A DNA stretch of 64,000 nucleotides from Eledone cirrhosa. Its lineage: Eukaryota. Made by a program: the position numbers and the translations under genes. The stretch is from NCBI GenBank assembly GCA_964016885.1, contig OZ024740.1, positions 416,640,001 through 416,704,000 of the forward strand, written 5' to 3'. Shown one piece after another: positions 39,268-54,200 of this stretch. The stretch's first letter is position 1. Each line of letters begins with the position of its first letter. The notes below the pieces were generated by a model, which worked only from the letters and a program-made list of their open reading frames with translations, was not told the DNA's origin and made no database searches.

Positions 39268-39870
39268 AACATCATCACCGTTTTACGTCCGTTCTTCCAC
39301 GCTAGCATGAGTTAGACGGGTTGTCCTGTTGTGGACAGCGTCCGGTCGGCTGACCTTGTCTTGCTCATACGGGAATTGATTCTGACTTGATTTCTACAGC
39401 TGGATGTCCTTCATAACACCAACCTCATTTACAGTGTGGGCTGGGTGCTTCTTTTCCGTGGCACCTCCACGACCACTTTGCAGTGGGAGGGGATGGGCGC
39501 ATATTGTCTATATGCTTCAGCTTCAGCTTGTACCCGTGGGAATTCCGGTCTTCTGTATTACTGTGTGACGCCAGGGGTCACGGTCATGTGTCATCACCCT
39601 TGAGAGGTGCAATTGGGTAAGGTCGGCTTTTATCACCTCATCCCAGGTCTTCTTGGGTCTCCCCACTATGCGGCTTCCATCGACTTCTAGTGCTCTGCAC
39701 CTTTTTATGCAGCTGTCATCCTTCATACCCATCACATGTCCATACCAACGCAACCTCCTCTGCTGCACACAGTATTTGATTCCTCTTATGCTCAATCTCT
39801 CTCTCAATTGGTTTATGCTTTGCCATTCACGTATATTACTATTACACAACCATCGGAGCATGCAAGCTTC
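39268..39870 (-). mobile_element. RTE-clade LINE 3' fragment
   Basis: ORF 39523-39861: MLRW.C..RRLRWYGHV....GRPKKTW.EVIK.DL. RTE-type 3' end ending in (GAT)n. Confidence 0.85.
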
Positions 39871-39987
39871 GTTGTTGCTCCCACATAGGTATTATTCTCT
39901 CTAAATCCCATACCAAATATTTCATGTAGTCACTGAAGCTGGGGATAGCTTTCCTGTAGAACTTTCTACAGTTCTTATTTCATTCTA

Positions 39988-40706
39988 CAGGGTGATCACA
40001 TATTGTTTTAACTTTCATTATTTTTTGAATTGACATATAGGCGGTGGATTGGCAGTATCGGTAGAGGGTCGGACGCTATGCTTTCCAGCATAGTTACGTC
40101 CCTTTACGATCTGAGTTCAAATCCCACCGAGGTTGACTTTGCCTTTCATCCTTACGGGGTCGATAAAATAAAGTACCAGTAATGCACTGGGTAATTGCTG
40201 GCCTTGTGCCTAAAGTAGAAACAATTATTTTTTGAATTGACAGTATCGGTAGAGGGTTGGACACCATGCTTTCTAGCATAGTTACGTCCCTTTACAGTCT
40301 GAGTTCAAATCCCGCCGAGGTTAACTTGGCCTTTCATCCTTACGGGGTCAATAAAATAAAGTACCAGTAATGTACTGGGTAATTGCTGGCCTTGTGCCTA
40401 AAGTAGAAACAATTATTTTTTGTTTTAACAATATAATATATAATACCATTAATTATAATATATAATAATAATAATAATAATATAATTTTCTATTTCAGAG
40501 CTCCTACAGTTTGGAAGAGAGGCTGCTTGCAAGTGTATGGACACATGATCGTGTGCATTCTGGCAAGAGCATAGAGGATGTGCAACATGACTTCACTGCA
40601 AGATTCGACAAACCAGCTCCTCCGAAGAGGACAATACTGCGATGGGAACATAAACTGTTTCTCATTACTTTTTGGTAGGGGGTGACAAGACTTTCGGACC
40701 ACCCTG
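39988..40706 (+). mobile_element. Internally deleted Tc1/mariner-like element with transposase N-terminal HTH remnant
   Basis: TA|CAGGGTG.TC ... GA.CACCCTG|TA ends. 40499-40660 translates SYSLEERLLASVWTHDR..GKSIEDVQHDFTARFDKPAPPKRTILRWEHKLF, like the DUF4817 HTH. The SINE pair is nested inside. Confidence 0.6.
40040..40415 (+). mobile_element. Two tandem tRNA-derived SINEs
   Basis: GGCGGTGGATTGGCAGTATCGGTAG (A-box), GAGTTCAAATCCC (B-box), central domain, tail CCTTGTGCCTAAAGTAGAAACAATTATT. Second copy is 5'-truncated. Confidence 0.9.
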
Positions 40707-40844
40707 TACTTTGTTCCTAATGTACCCTTTCTTATATTTTGAGATGATAGGGTAGAATTTGCAGGAAATTTGACTGCTATTTCTAACATATCAATTGACT
40801 ACTTAGAGGCTCTCTTGTTGGCTCATTATTATCACTGTTTACAA

Positions 40845-41150
40845 CAGAGGCTTTGAACCCCCCACCCCCCACCCCCTCATGGCCACGTAATACCCTCAAC
40901 GCCCCCCCCCCCTTATTTCCAGAGAGACCTGCCTACATGCAAATTGTATATAATATGTAATAAATAATATAATATATACTATGTATAAATAAATATTATA
41001 TATTTTTATTGTACTATATATATATATATAATATGTATCATTTGATATTTAATATACTATTATATCATCTCTACCACCCGCTACCACCACCCCGTAGACC
41101 TCCTCAACACCCCTCGGAGGGGGCGATAGCACCTATTTTGAGAACCTCTG
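40845..41150. mobile_element. hAT-type MITE
   Basis: Exact 8-bp TSD GTTTACAA (40837-40844 and 41151-41158). Termini CAGAGG... and ...TTTGAGAACCTCTG (Charlie-like). Confidence 0.8.
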
Positions 41151-41484
41151 GTTTACAATAAAGAACTTCTCCCACGATATGTTTCACTATGGTTTCTATT
41201 GGCTACTATTTCAACTGAACCATTAAAAGTGAAGTATTTTTTCTACCAGGGATAGAGTACAGAGCTGCTAATGAAAAACAAATAATTAATCCTTTGGAAT
41301 ATCTCTTATCAACATGATTAGATGAAACCTTTATAGTTGTATAGCATCTCATTTCATATGAGGGTTGGACAGGTCTGCTCCAGCACAGTGTTTCATTACA
41401 TATTTCAATGTCTTTATTATCTTTTCTATAAGGTCTATGGTTGGATGCCCTTCCTAACACATACAGCCTGACATTCCCCTCTCT

Positions 41485-41675
41485 ACATCATCATCATTTT
41501 CGTTTAACTTCAATTTTTCCATGCTTGCATGGGTTAGACAGGTTGTCCATGCTGGGATGTAAATCTGGCAGGGTTGGCCATATGTTGCATCTTGCTCCGG
41601 CAAGGACTGTAAATTTGGCTTGGTATTTTACAGCTGGATGTCCTTCCTTACACCAACCACGTTTACAGTGGGGGA
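41485..41675 (-). mobile_element. RTE-related SINE or LINE 3' end
   Basis: CATCATCAT..CGTTTAAC..TTTCCATGCTTGCATGGGTTAGAC..TACAGCTGGATGTCCTTC, homologous to 39268-39440. Confidence 0.65.
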
Positions 41676-42270
41676 ACTGAAAGGAGTACGGACAGGACAG
41701 TTGACCATGTCAAACCCGTCTCACAACAGAACCATATTTTTTGGAGCCCCATCACACAGTGGAAACCATAGTTTTGGAGCTCAGTACTGGATGGCACCAA
41801 TACAAGAAGCTAACCCATCTCACAATGTAGATATGGTTTGGGGGCCCAGCACTGCGTAGCACCACTATGAGGAAGGATAGGACAGTCAGCCATGCAAAAC
41901 CCATCACACAATGTTACCACAGTTTTAGGGCCTGGTACTGGATGGCACCGCTATGAAGAGGGATATGTGTGGAATCAGTTTGGGAGCCTGGCATTGGATG
42001 GCACCACTGTGTGAAGGGACCAGAGATACCACTATGAGGAGGGACAGGCAAGTGGCCAGGTAATTCTTTATTATTAAAACATTTTTCAATCAAGTTTTTG
42101 TCATGCTGAAATAAAAATAAAAATTAGAATTAAAATACAGGTTTATTTTGGTCACACATACACAAGTGTTATATTTTAAAGGAAAAACAAATTGATAATT
42201 GTGATATTTATATCTTTCACAAAAGTTATTTTATCATAAGTATAGTGAAATAACTTCAAACAATTATTAA

Positions 42271-45200
42271 AGCTGTGTTGGGGTTATATTTACTGGAAGT
42301 CTACCTTCTCTTCTAGACGGTTGTCATGAGCCTATGTTGGGGTTATATTTACTGGAAGTCTACCTTCTCTTCTAGACAGTTGTCATGAGCCTATGTTGGG
42401 GTTATATTTACTGGAAGTCTACCTTCTCTCCTAGACAGTTGTCATGAGCCTATATTGGAGTTATATTTACTGGAAGTCTACCTTCTCTCCTAGACAGTTG
42501 TCATGAGCCTATATTGGGGGTTATATTTACTGGAAGTCTACCTTCTCTCCTAGACAGTTGTCATGAGCCTATATTGGGGGTTATATTTACTGTAAGTCTA
42601 CCTTCTCTTCTAGACAGTTGTCATGAGCCTATATTGGAGTTATATTTACTGGAAGTCTACCTTCTCTTCTAGACAGTTGTTGTGAGCCTATGTTGGTGTT
42701 ATATTTACTGTAAGTCTACCTTCTCTCCTAGACAGTTGTCATGAGCCTCTATTGGAGTTATATTTACTGGAAGTCTACCTTCTCTTCTAGACAGTTGTCA
42801 TGAGCCTATGTTGGAGTTATATTTACTGGAAGTCTACCTTCTCTTCTAGACAGTTGTTGTGAGCCTATGTTGGTGTTATATTTACTGGAAGTCTACCTTC
42901 TCTTCTAGACAGTTGTCATGAGCCTATATTGGAGTTATATTTACTGTAAGTCTACCTTCTCTTCTAGACAGTTGTCATGAGCCTATATTGGAGTTATATT
43001 TACTGTAAGTCTACCTTCTCTTCTAGACAGTTGTCATGAGCCTATATTGGAGTTATATTTACTGTAAGTCTACCTTCTCTTCTAGACAGTTGTCATGAGC
43101 CTATATTGGAGTTATATTTACTGGAAGTCTACCTTCTCTCCTAGACAGTTGTCATGAGCCTATATTGGGGGTTATATTTACTGTAAGTCTACCTTCTCTT
43201 CTAGACAGTTGTCATGAGCCTATATTGGAGTCATATTTACTGTAAGTCTACCTTCTCTTCTAGACAGTTGTCATGAGCCTATATTGGAGTTATATTTACT
43301 GTACGTCTACCTTCTCTTCTAGACAGTTGTCATGAGCCTATATTGGAGTTATATTTACTGGAAGTCTACCTTCTCTTCTAGACAGTTGTCATGAGCCTAT
43401 ATTGGAGTTATATTTAATGTAAGTCTACCTTCTCTCCTAGACAGTTGTCATGTGCCTATATTGGAGTTATATTTACTGTAAGTCTACCTTCTCTCATAGA
43501 CAGTTGTCATGAGCCTATATTGAGAGTTATATTTACTGTAAGTCTACCTTCTCTCCTAGACAGTTGTCATGAGCCTATATTGGAGTTATATTTACTGAAA
43601 GTCTACCTTCTCTTCTAGACAGTTGTCATGAGCCTATATTCGAGTTATATTTACTGGAAGTCTACCTTCTCTCCTAGACAGTTGTCATGAGCCTATATTG
43701 GGGGTTATATTTACTGTAAGTCTACCTTCTCTTCTAGACAGTTGTTGTGAGCCTATGTTGGTGTTATATTTACTGGAAGTCTACCTTCTCTTCTAGACAG
43801 TTGTCATGAGCCTATATTGGAGTTATATTTACTGGAAGTCTACCTTCTCTCCTAGACAGTTGTCATGAGCCTATATTGGAGTTATATTTACTGTAAGTCT
43901 ACCTTCCCTTCTAGACAGTTGTCATGAGCCTATATTGGAGTTATATTTACTGGAAGTCTACCTTCTCTTCTAGACAGTTGTCATGAGCCTATATTAGAGT
44001 TATATTTACTGGAAGTCTACCTTCTCTCCTAGACAGTTGTCATGAGCCTATATTGGAGTTATATTTACTGGAAGTTTACCTTCTCTTCTAGACAGTTGTC
44101 ATGAGCCTATATTGGAGTTATATTTACTGTAAGTCTACCTTCTCTTCTAGACAGTTGTCATGAGCCTATATTGGAGTTATATTTACTGGAAGTCTACCTT
44201 CTCTCCTAGACAGTGGTCATGAGCCTATATTGGAGTTATATTTACTGGAAGTCTACCTTCTCTTCTAGACAGTTGTCATGAGCCTATATTGGAGTTATAT
44301 TTACTGGAAGTCTACCTTCTCTTCTAGACAGTTGTCATGAGCCTATATTGGAGTTATATTTACTGGAAGTCTACCTTCTCTTCTAGACAGTTTTCATGAG
44401 CCTATATTGGAGTTATATTTACTGGAAGTCTACCTTCTCTTCTAGACAGTTGTCATGAGCCTATATTGGAGTTATATTTACTGGAAGTCTACCTTCTCTT
44501 CTAGACAGTTGTCATGAGCCTATATTGGAGTTATATTTACTGGAAGTCTACCTTCTCTCCTAGACAGTTGTCATGAGCCTATGTTGGTGTTATATTTACT
44601 GGAAGTCTACCTTCTCTCCTAGACAGTTGTCATGAGCCTATATTGGAGTTATATTTACTGGAAGTCTACCTTCTCTTCTAGACAGTTGACATGAGCCTAT
44701 ATTGGAGTTATATTTACTGGAAGTCTACCGTCTCTCCTAGACAGTTGTCATGAGCCTATGTTGTTGTTATATTTACTGGAAGTCTACCTTCTCTACTAGA
44801 CAGTTGTCATGAGCCTATATTGGAGTTATATTTACTGTAAGTCTACCTTCTCTTCTAGACAGTTGTCATGAGCCTATATTGGAGTTATATTTACTGTAAG
44901 TCTACCTTCTCTCCTAGACAGTTGTCATGAGCCTATGTTGGGGTTATATTTACTGTAAGTCTACCTTCTCTCCTAGACAGTTGTCATGAGCCTATATTGG
45001 GGGTTATATTTACTGGAAGTCTACCTTCTCTCCTAGACAGTTGTCATAAGCCTATATTGGGGGTTATATTTACTGTAAGTCTACCTTCTCTTCTAGACAT
45101 TTGTCATGAGCCTATATTGGAGTTATATTTACTGGAAGTCTACCTTCTCTTCTAGACAGTTGTTGTGAGCCCATGTTGGTGTTATATTTACTGTAAGTCT

Positions 45201-48200
45201 ACCTTCTCTCCTAGACAGTTGTCATGAGCCTATATTGGAGTTATATTTACTGAAAGTCTACCTTCTCTTCTAGACAGTTGTCATGAGCCTATATTCGAGT
45301 TATATTTACTGGAAGTCTACCATCTCTCCTAGACAGTTGTCATGAGCCTATATTGGGGGTTATATTTACTGTAAGTCTACCTTCTCTTCTAGACAGTTGT
45401 CATGAGCCTATATTGGAGTTATATTTACTGGAAGTCTACCTTCTCTTCTAGACAGTTGTCATGAGCCTATATTGGAGTTATATTTACTGGAAGTCTACCT
45501 TCTCTCCTAGACAGTTGTCATGAGCCTATATTGGAGTTATATTTACTGGAAGTTTACCTTCTCTTCTAGACAGTGGTCATGAGCCTATATTGGAGTTATA
45601 TTTACTGGAAGTCTACCTTCTCTTCTAGACAGTTGTTGTGAGCCTATGTTGGTGTTATATTTACTGGAAGTCTACCTTCTCTTCTAGACAGTTGTCATGA
45701 GCCTATATTGGAGTTATAGTTACTGGAAGTCTACCTTCTCTCCTAGACAGTTGTCATGAGCCTATATTGGAGTTATATTTACTGTAAGTCTACCTTCTCT
45801 TCTAGACAGTTGTCATGAGCCTATATTGGAGTTATATTTACTGGAAGTCTACCTTCTCTTCTAGACAGTTGTCATGAGCCTATATTGGAGTTATATTTAC
45901 TGGAAGTCTACCTTCTCTCCTAGACAGTTGTCATGAGCCTATATTGGAGTTATATTTACTGGAAGTTTACCTTCTCTTCTAGACAGTTGTCATAAGCCTA
46001 TATTGGAGTTATATTTACTGTAAGTCTACCTTCTCTTCTAGACAGTTGTCATGAGCCTATATTGGAGTTATATTTACTGGAAGTCTACCTTCTCTCCTAG
46101 ACAGTTGTCATGAGCCTATATTGGAGTTATATTTACTGGAAGTCTACCTTCTATTCTAGACAGTTGTCATGAGCCTATATTGGAGTTATATTTACTGTAA
46201 GTCTACCTTCTCTTCTAGACAGTTGTCATGAGCCTATATTGGAGTTATATTTACTGGAAGTCTACCTTCTCTTCTAGACAGTTTTCATGAGCCTATATTG
46301 GAGTTATATTTACTGTAAGTCTACCTTCTCTTCTAGACAGTTGTCATGAGCCTATATTGGAGTTATATTTACTGGAAGTCTACCTTCTCTTCTAGACAGT
46401 TGTCATGAGCCTATATTGGAGTTATATTTACTGGAAGTCTACCTTCTCTCCTAGACAGTTGTCATGAGCCTATGTTTGTGTTATATTTACTGGAAGTCTA
46501 CCTTCTCTCCTAGACAGTTGTCATGAGCCTATATTGGAGTTATATTTACTGGAAGTCTACCTTCTCTTCTAGACAGTTGTCATGAGCCTATATTGGAGTT
46601 ATATTTACTGTAAGTCTACCTTCTCTTCTAGACAGTTGTCATGAGCCTATATTGGAGTTATATTTACTGTAAGTCTACCTTCTCTCCTAGACAGTTGTCA
46701 TGAGCCTATGTTGGTGTTATATTTACTGTAAGTCTACCTTCTCTCCTAGACAGTTGTCATGAGCCTATATTGGGGGTTATATTTACTGGAAGTCTACCTT
46801 CTCTCCTAGACAGTTGTCATGAGCCTATATTGGGGGTTATATTTACTGTAAGTCTACCTTCTCTTCTAGACATTTGTCATGAGCCTATATTGGAGTTATA
46901 TTTACTGGAAGTCTACCTTCTCTTCTAGACAGTTGTTGTGAGCCCATGTTGGTGTTATATTTACTGTAAGTCTACTTTCTCTCCTAGACAGTTGTCATGA
47001 GCCTATATTGAAGTTATATTTACTGGAAGTCTACCTTCTCTTCTAGACAGTTGTCATGAGCCTATATTGGAGTTATATTTACTGGTAGTCTACCTTCTCT
47101 TCTAGACAGTTGTCATGAGCCTATATTGGAGTTATATTTACTGGAAGTCTACCTTCTCTCCTAGACAGTTGTCATGAGCCTATATTGGGGGTTATATTTA
47201 CTGTAAGTCTACCTTCTCTTCTAGACAGTTGTCATGAGCCTATATTGGAGTTATATTTACTGTACGTCTACCTTCTCTTCTAGACAGTTGTCATGAGCCT
47301 ATATTGGAGTTATATTTACTGGAAGTCTACCTTCTCTTCTAGACAGTTGTCATGGGCCTATATTGGAGTTATATTTACTGTAAGTCTACCTTCTCTCCTA
47401 GACAGTTGTCATGTGCCTATATTGGAGTTATATTTACTGTAAGTCTACCTTCTCTCATAGACAGTTGTCATGAGCCTATATTGGGGGTTATATTTACTGT
47501 AAGTCTACCTTCTCTTCTAGACAGTTGTTGTGAGCCTATGTTGGTGTTATATTTACTGGAAGTCTACCTTCTCTTCTAGACAGTTGTCATGAGCCTATAT
47601 TGGAGTTATATTTACTGGAAGTCTACCTTCTCTCCTAGACAGTTGTCATGAGCCTATATTGGAGTTATATTTACTGTAAGTCTACCTTCTCTTCTAGACA
47701 GTTGTCATGAGCCTATATTGGAGTTATATTTACTGGAAGTCTACCTTCTCTTCTAGACAGTTGTCATGAGCCTATATTGGAGTTATATTTACTGGAAGTC
47801 TACCTTCTCTCCTAGACAGTTGTCATGAGCCTATATTGGAGTTATATTTACTGGAAGTTTACCTTCTCTTCTAGACAGTTGTCATGAGCCTATATTGGAG
47901 TTATATTTACTGTAAGTCTACCTTCTCTTCTAGACAGTTGTCATGAGCCTATATTGGAGTTATATTTACTGGAAGTCTACCTCTCTCCTAGACAGTTGTC
48001 ATGAGCCTATATTGGAGTTATATTTACTGGAAGTCTACCTTCTCTTCTAGACAGTTGTCATGAGCCTATATTGGAGTTATATTTACTGGAAGTCTACCTT
48101 CTCTTCTAGATAGTTGTCATGAGCCTATATTGGAGTTATATTTACTGGAAGTCTACCTTCTCTCCTAGACAGTTTTCATGAGCCTATATTGGAGTTATAT

Positions 48201-51200
48201 TTACTGTAAGTCTACCTTCTCTTCTAGACAGTTGTCATGAGCCTATATTGGAGTTATATTTACTGGAAGTCTACCTTCTCTTCTAGACACTTGTCATGAG
48301 CCTATATTGGAGTTATATTTACTGGAAGTCTACCTTCTCTCCTAGACAGTTGTCATAAGTCTATGTTGGTGTTATATTTACTGGAAGTCTACCTTCTCTC
48401 CTAGACAGTTGTCATGAAGCTATATTGGAGTTATATTTACTGGAAGTCTACCTTCTCTCCTAGACAGTTGTCATGAGCCTATATTGGAGTTATATTTACT
48501 GGAAGTCTACCTTCTCTCCTAGACAGTTTTCATGAGCCTATATTGGAGTTATATTTACTGTAAGTCTACCTTCTCTTCTAGACAGTTGTCATGAGCCTAT
48601 ATTGGAGTTATATTTACTGGAAGTCTACCTTCTCTTCTAGACACTTGTCATGAGCCTATATTGGAGTTATATTTACTGGAAGTCTACCTTCTCTCCTAGA
48701 CAGTTGTCATGAGCCTATGTTGGTGTTATATTTACTGGAAGTCTACCTTCTCTCCTAGACAGTTGTCATGAGCCTATATTGGAGTTATATTTACTGGAAG
48801 TCTACCTTCTCTCCTAGACAGTTGTCATGAGCCTATATTGGAGTTATATTTACTGGAAGTCTACCTTCTCTCCTAGACAGTTGTCATGAGCCTATATTGG
48901 AGTTATATTTACTGGAAGTCTACCTTCTCTTCTAGACAGTTGTCATGAGCCTATATTGGAGTTATATTTACTGGAAGTCTACCTTCTCTTCTAGACAGTT
49001 TTCATGAGCCTATATTGGAGTTATATTTACTGGAAGTCTACCTTCTCTTCTAGACAGTTGTCATGAGCCTATATTGGAGTTATATTTACTGGAAGTCTAC
49101 CTTCTCTTCTAGACAGTTGTCATGAGCCTATATTGGAGTTATATTTACTGGAAGTCTACCTTCTCTCCTAGACAGTTGTCATGAGCCTATATTGGAGTTA
49201 TATTTACTGGAAGTCTACCTTCTCTCCTAGACAGTTTTCATGAGCCTATATTGGAGTTATATTTACTGTAAGTCTACCTTCTCTTCTAGACAGTTGTCAT
49301 GAGCCTATATTGGAGTTATATTTACTGGAAGTCTACCTTCTCTTCTAGACACTTGTCATGAGCCTATATTGGAGTTATATTTACTGGAAGTCTACCTTCT
49401 CTCCTAGACAGTTGTCATGAGCCTATGTTGGTGTTATATTTACTGGAAGTCTACCTTCTCTCCTAGACAGTTGTCATGAGCCTATATTGGAGTTATATTT
49501 ACTGGAAGTCTACCTTCTCTCCTAGACAGTTGTCATGAGCCTATATTGGAGTTATATTTACTGGAAGTCTACCTTCTCTCCTAGACAGTTGTCATGAGCC
49601 TATATTGGAGTTATATTTACTGGAAGTCTACCTTCTCTTCTAGACAGTTGTCATGAGCCTATATTGGAGTTATATTTACTGGAAGTCTACCTTCTCTTCT
49701 AGACAGTTTTCATGAGCCTATATTGGAGTTATATTTACTGGAAGTCTACCTTCTCTTCTAGACAGTTGTCATGAGCCTATATTGGAGTTATATTTACTGG
49801 AAGTCTACCTTCTCTTCTAGACAGTTGTCATGAGCCTATATTGGAGTTATATTTACTGGAAGTCTACCTTCTCTCCTAGACAGTTGTCATGAGCCTATGT
49901 TGGTGTTATATTTACTGGAAGTCTACCTTCTCTCCTAGACAGTTGTCATGAGCCTATATTGGAGTTATATTTACTGGAAGTCTACCTTCTCTTCTAGACA
50001 GTTGACATGAGCCTATATTGGAGTTATATTTACTGGAAGTCTACCGTCTCTCCTAGACAGTTGTCATGAGCCTATGTTGTTGTTATATTTACTGGAAGTC
50101 TACCTTCTTTCCTAGACAGTTGTCATGAGCCTATATTGGAGTTATATTTACGTTAAGTCTACCTTCTCTTCTAGACAGTTGTCATGAGCCTATATTGGAG
50201 TTATATTTACTGTAAGTCTACCTTCACTCCTAGACAGTTGTCATGAGCCTATGTTGGGGTTATATTTACTGTAAGTCTACCTTCTCTCCTAGACAGTTGT
50301 CATGAGCCTATATTGGGGGTTATATTTACTGGAAGTCTACCTTCTCTCCTAGACAGTTGTCATGAGCCTATATTGGGGGTTATATTTACTGTAAGTCTAC
50401 CTTCTCTTCTAGACATTTGTCATGAGCCTATATTGGAGTTATATTTACTGGAAGTCTACCTTCTCTTCTAGACAGTTGTTGTGAGCCCATGTTGGTGTTA
50501 TATTTACTGTAAGTCTACCTTCTCTCCTAGACAGTTGTCATGAGCCTATATTGGAGTTATATTTACTGAAAGTCTACCTTCTCTTCTAGACAGTTGTCAT
50601 GAGCCTATATTCGAGTTATATTTACTGGAAGTCTACCTTCTCTCCTAGACAGTTGTCATGAGCCTATATTGGGGGTTATATTTACTGGAAGTCTACCTTC
50701 TCTTCTAGACAGTTGTCATGAGCCTATATTGGAGTTATATTTACTGGAAGTCTACCTTCTCTTCTAGACAGTTGTCATGAGCCTATATTGGAGTTATATT
50801 TACTGGAAGTCTACCTTCTCTCCTAGACAGTTGTCATGAGCCTATATTGGAGTTATATTTACTGGAAGTTTACCTTCTCTTCTAGACAGTGGTCATGAGC
50901 CTATATTGGAGTTATATTTACTGTAAGTCTACCTTCTCTTCTAGACAGTTGTTGTGAGCCTATGTTGGTGTTATATTTACTGGAAGTCTACCTTCTCTTC
51001 TAGACAGTTGTCATGAGCCTATATTGGAGTTATAGTTACTGGAAGTCTACCTTCTCTCCTAGACAGTTGTCATGAGCCTATATTGGAGTTATATTTACTG
51101 TAAGTCTACCTTCTCTTCTAGACAGTTGTCATGAGCCTATATTGGAGTTATATTTACTGGAAGTCTACCTTCTCTTCTAGACAGTTGTCATGAGCCTATA

Positions 51201-54200
51201 TTGGAGTTATATTTACTGGAAGTCTACCTTCTCTCCTAGACAGTTGTCATGAGCCTATATTGGAGTTATATTTACTGGAAGTTTACCTTCTCTTCTAGAC
51301 AGTTGTCATGAGCCTATATTGGAGTTATATTTACTGTAAGTCTACCTTCTCTTCTAGACAGTTGTCATGAGCCTATATTGGAGTTATATTTACTGGAAGT
51401 CTACCTTCTCTCCTAGACAGTTGTCATGAGCCTATATTGGAGTTATATTTACTGGAAGTCTACCTTCTATTCTAGACAGTTGTCATGAGCCTATATTGGA
51501 GTTATATTTACTGTAAGTCTACCTTCTCTTCTAGACAGTTGTCATGAGCCTATATTGGAGTTATATTTACTGGAAGTCTACCTTCTCTTCTAGACAGTTT
51601 TCATGAGCCTATATTGGAGTTATATTTACTGTAAGTCTACCTTCTCTTCTAGACAGTTGTCATGAGCCTATATTGGAGTTATATTTACTGGAAGTCTACC
51701 TTCTCTTCTAGACAGTTGTCATGAGCCTATATTGGAGTTATATTTACTGGAAGTCTACCTTCTCTCCTAGACAGTTGTCATGAGCCTATGTTTGTGTTAT
51801 ATTTACTGGAAGTCTACCTTCTCTCCTAGACAGTTGTCATGAGCCTATATTGGAGTTATATTTACTGGAAGTCTACCTTCTCTTCTAGACAGTTGTCATG
51901 AGCCTATATTGGAGTTATATTTACTGGAAGTCTACCTTCTCTCCTAGACAGTTGTCATGAGCCTATATTGGAGTTATATTTACTGGAAGTTTACCTTCTC
52001 TTCTAGACAGTTGTCATGAGCCTATATTGGAGTTATATTTACTGTAAGTCTACCTTCTCTTCTAGACAGTTGTCATGAGCCTATATTGGAGTTATATTTA
52101 CTGGAAGTCTACCTTCTCTCCTAGACAGTTGTCATGAGCCTATATTGGAGTTATATTTACTGGAAGTCTACCTTCTATTCTAGACAGTTGTCATGAGCCT
52201 ATATTGGAGTTATATTTACTGTAAGTCTACCTTCTCTTCTAGACAGTTGTCATGAGCCTATATTGGAGTTATATTTACGGTAAGTCTACCTTCTCTTCTA
52301 GACAGTTGTCATGAGCCTATATTGGAGTTATATTTACTGTAAGTCTACCTTCTCTCCTAGACAGTTGTCATGAGCCTATGTTGGTGTTATATTTACTGTA
52401 AGTCTACCTTCTCTCCTAGACAGTTGTCATGAGCCTATATTGGGGGTTATATTTGCTGGAAGTCTACCTTCTCTCCTAGACAGTTGTCATGAGCCTATAT
52501 TGGGGGTTATATTTACTGTAAGTCTACCTTCTCTTCTAGACATTTGTCATGAGCCTATATTGGAGTTATATTTACTGGAAGTCTACCTTCTCTTCTAGAC
52601 AGTTGTTGTGAGCCCATGTTGGTGTTATATTTACTGTAAGTCTACTTTCTCTCCTAGACAGTTGTCATGAGCCTATATTGAAGTTATATTTACTGGAAGT
52701 CTACCTTCTCTTCTAGACAGTTGTCATGAGCCTATATTGGAGTTATATTTACTGTAAGTCTACCTTCTCATCTAGACAGTTGTCATGAGCCTATATTGGA
52801 GTTATATTTACTGGAAGTCTACCTTCTCTTCTAGACAGTTGTCATGAGCCTATATTGGAGTTATATTTACTGGAAGTCTACCTTCTCTCCTAGACAGTTG
52901 TCATGAGCCTATATTGGGGGTTATATTTACTGTAAGTCTACCTTCTCTTCTAGACAGTTGTCATGAGCCTATATTGGAGTCATATTTACTGTAAGTCTAC
53001 CTTCTCTTCTAGACAGTTGTCATGAGCCTATATTGGAGTTATATTTACTGTACGTCTACCTTCTCTTCTAGACAGTTGTCATGAGCCTATATTGGAGTTA
53101 TATTTACTGGAAGTCTACCTTCTCTTCTAGACAGTTGTCATGGGCCTATATTGGAGTTATATTTACTGTAAGTCTACCTTCTCTCCTAGACAGTTGTCAT
53201 GTGCCTATATTGGAGTTATATTTACTGTAAGTCTACCTTCTCTCATAGACAGTTGTCATGAGCCTATATTGGGGGTTATATTTACTGTAAGTCTACCTTC
53301 TCTTCTAGACAGTTGTTGTGAGCCTATGTTGGTGTTATATTTACTGGAAGTCTACCTTCTCTTCTAGACAGTTGTCATGAGCCTATATTGGAGTTATATT
53401 TACTGGAAGTCTACCTTCTCTCCTAGACAGTTGTCATGAGCCTATATTGGAGTTATATTTACTGTAAGTCTACCTTCTCTTCTAGACAGTTGTCATGAGC
53501 CTATATTGGAGTTATATTTACTGGAAGTCTACCTTCTCTTCTAGACAGTTGTCATGAGCCTATATTGGAGTTATATTTACTGGAAGTCTACCTTCTCTCC
53601 TAGACAGTTGTCATGAGCCTATATTGGAGTTATATTTACTGGAAGTTTACCTTCTCTTCTAGACAGTTGTCATGAGCCTATATTGGAGTTATATTTACTG
53701 TAAGTCTACCTTCTCTTCTAGACAGTTGTCATGAGCCTATATTGGAGTTATATTTACTGGAAGTCTACCTCTCTCCTAGACAGTTGTCATGAGCCTATAT
53801 TGGAGTTATATTTACTGGAAGTCTACCTTCTCTTCTAGACAGTTGTCATGAGCCTATATTGGAGTTATATTTACTGGAAGTCTACCTTCTCTTCTAGATA
53901 GTTGTCATGAGCCTATATTGGAGTTATATTTACTGGAAGTCTACCTTCTCTCCTAGACAGTTTTCATGAGCCTATATTGGAGTTATATTTACTGTAAGTC
54001 TACCTTCTCTTCTAGACAGTTGTCATGAGCCTATATTGGAGTTATATTTACTGGAAGTCTACCTTCTCTTCTAGACACTTGTCATGAGCCTATATTGGAG
54101 TTATATTTACTGGAAGTCTACCTTCTCTCCTAGACAGTTGTCATGAGCCTATGTTGGTGTTATATTTACTGGAAGTCTACCTTCTCTCCTAGACAGTTGT

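Noticed and set aside
40040-40130. tRNA gene
   Set aside because: A and B boxes are present but there is no cloverleaf, and it is fused to the SINE body. It is a SINE head.
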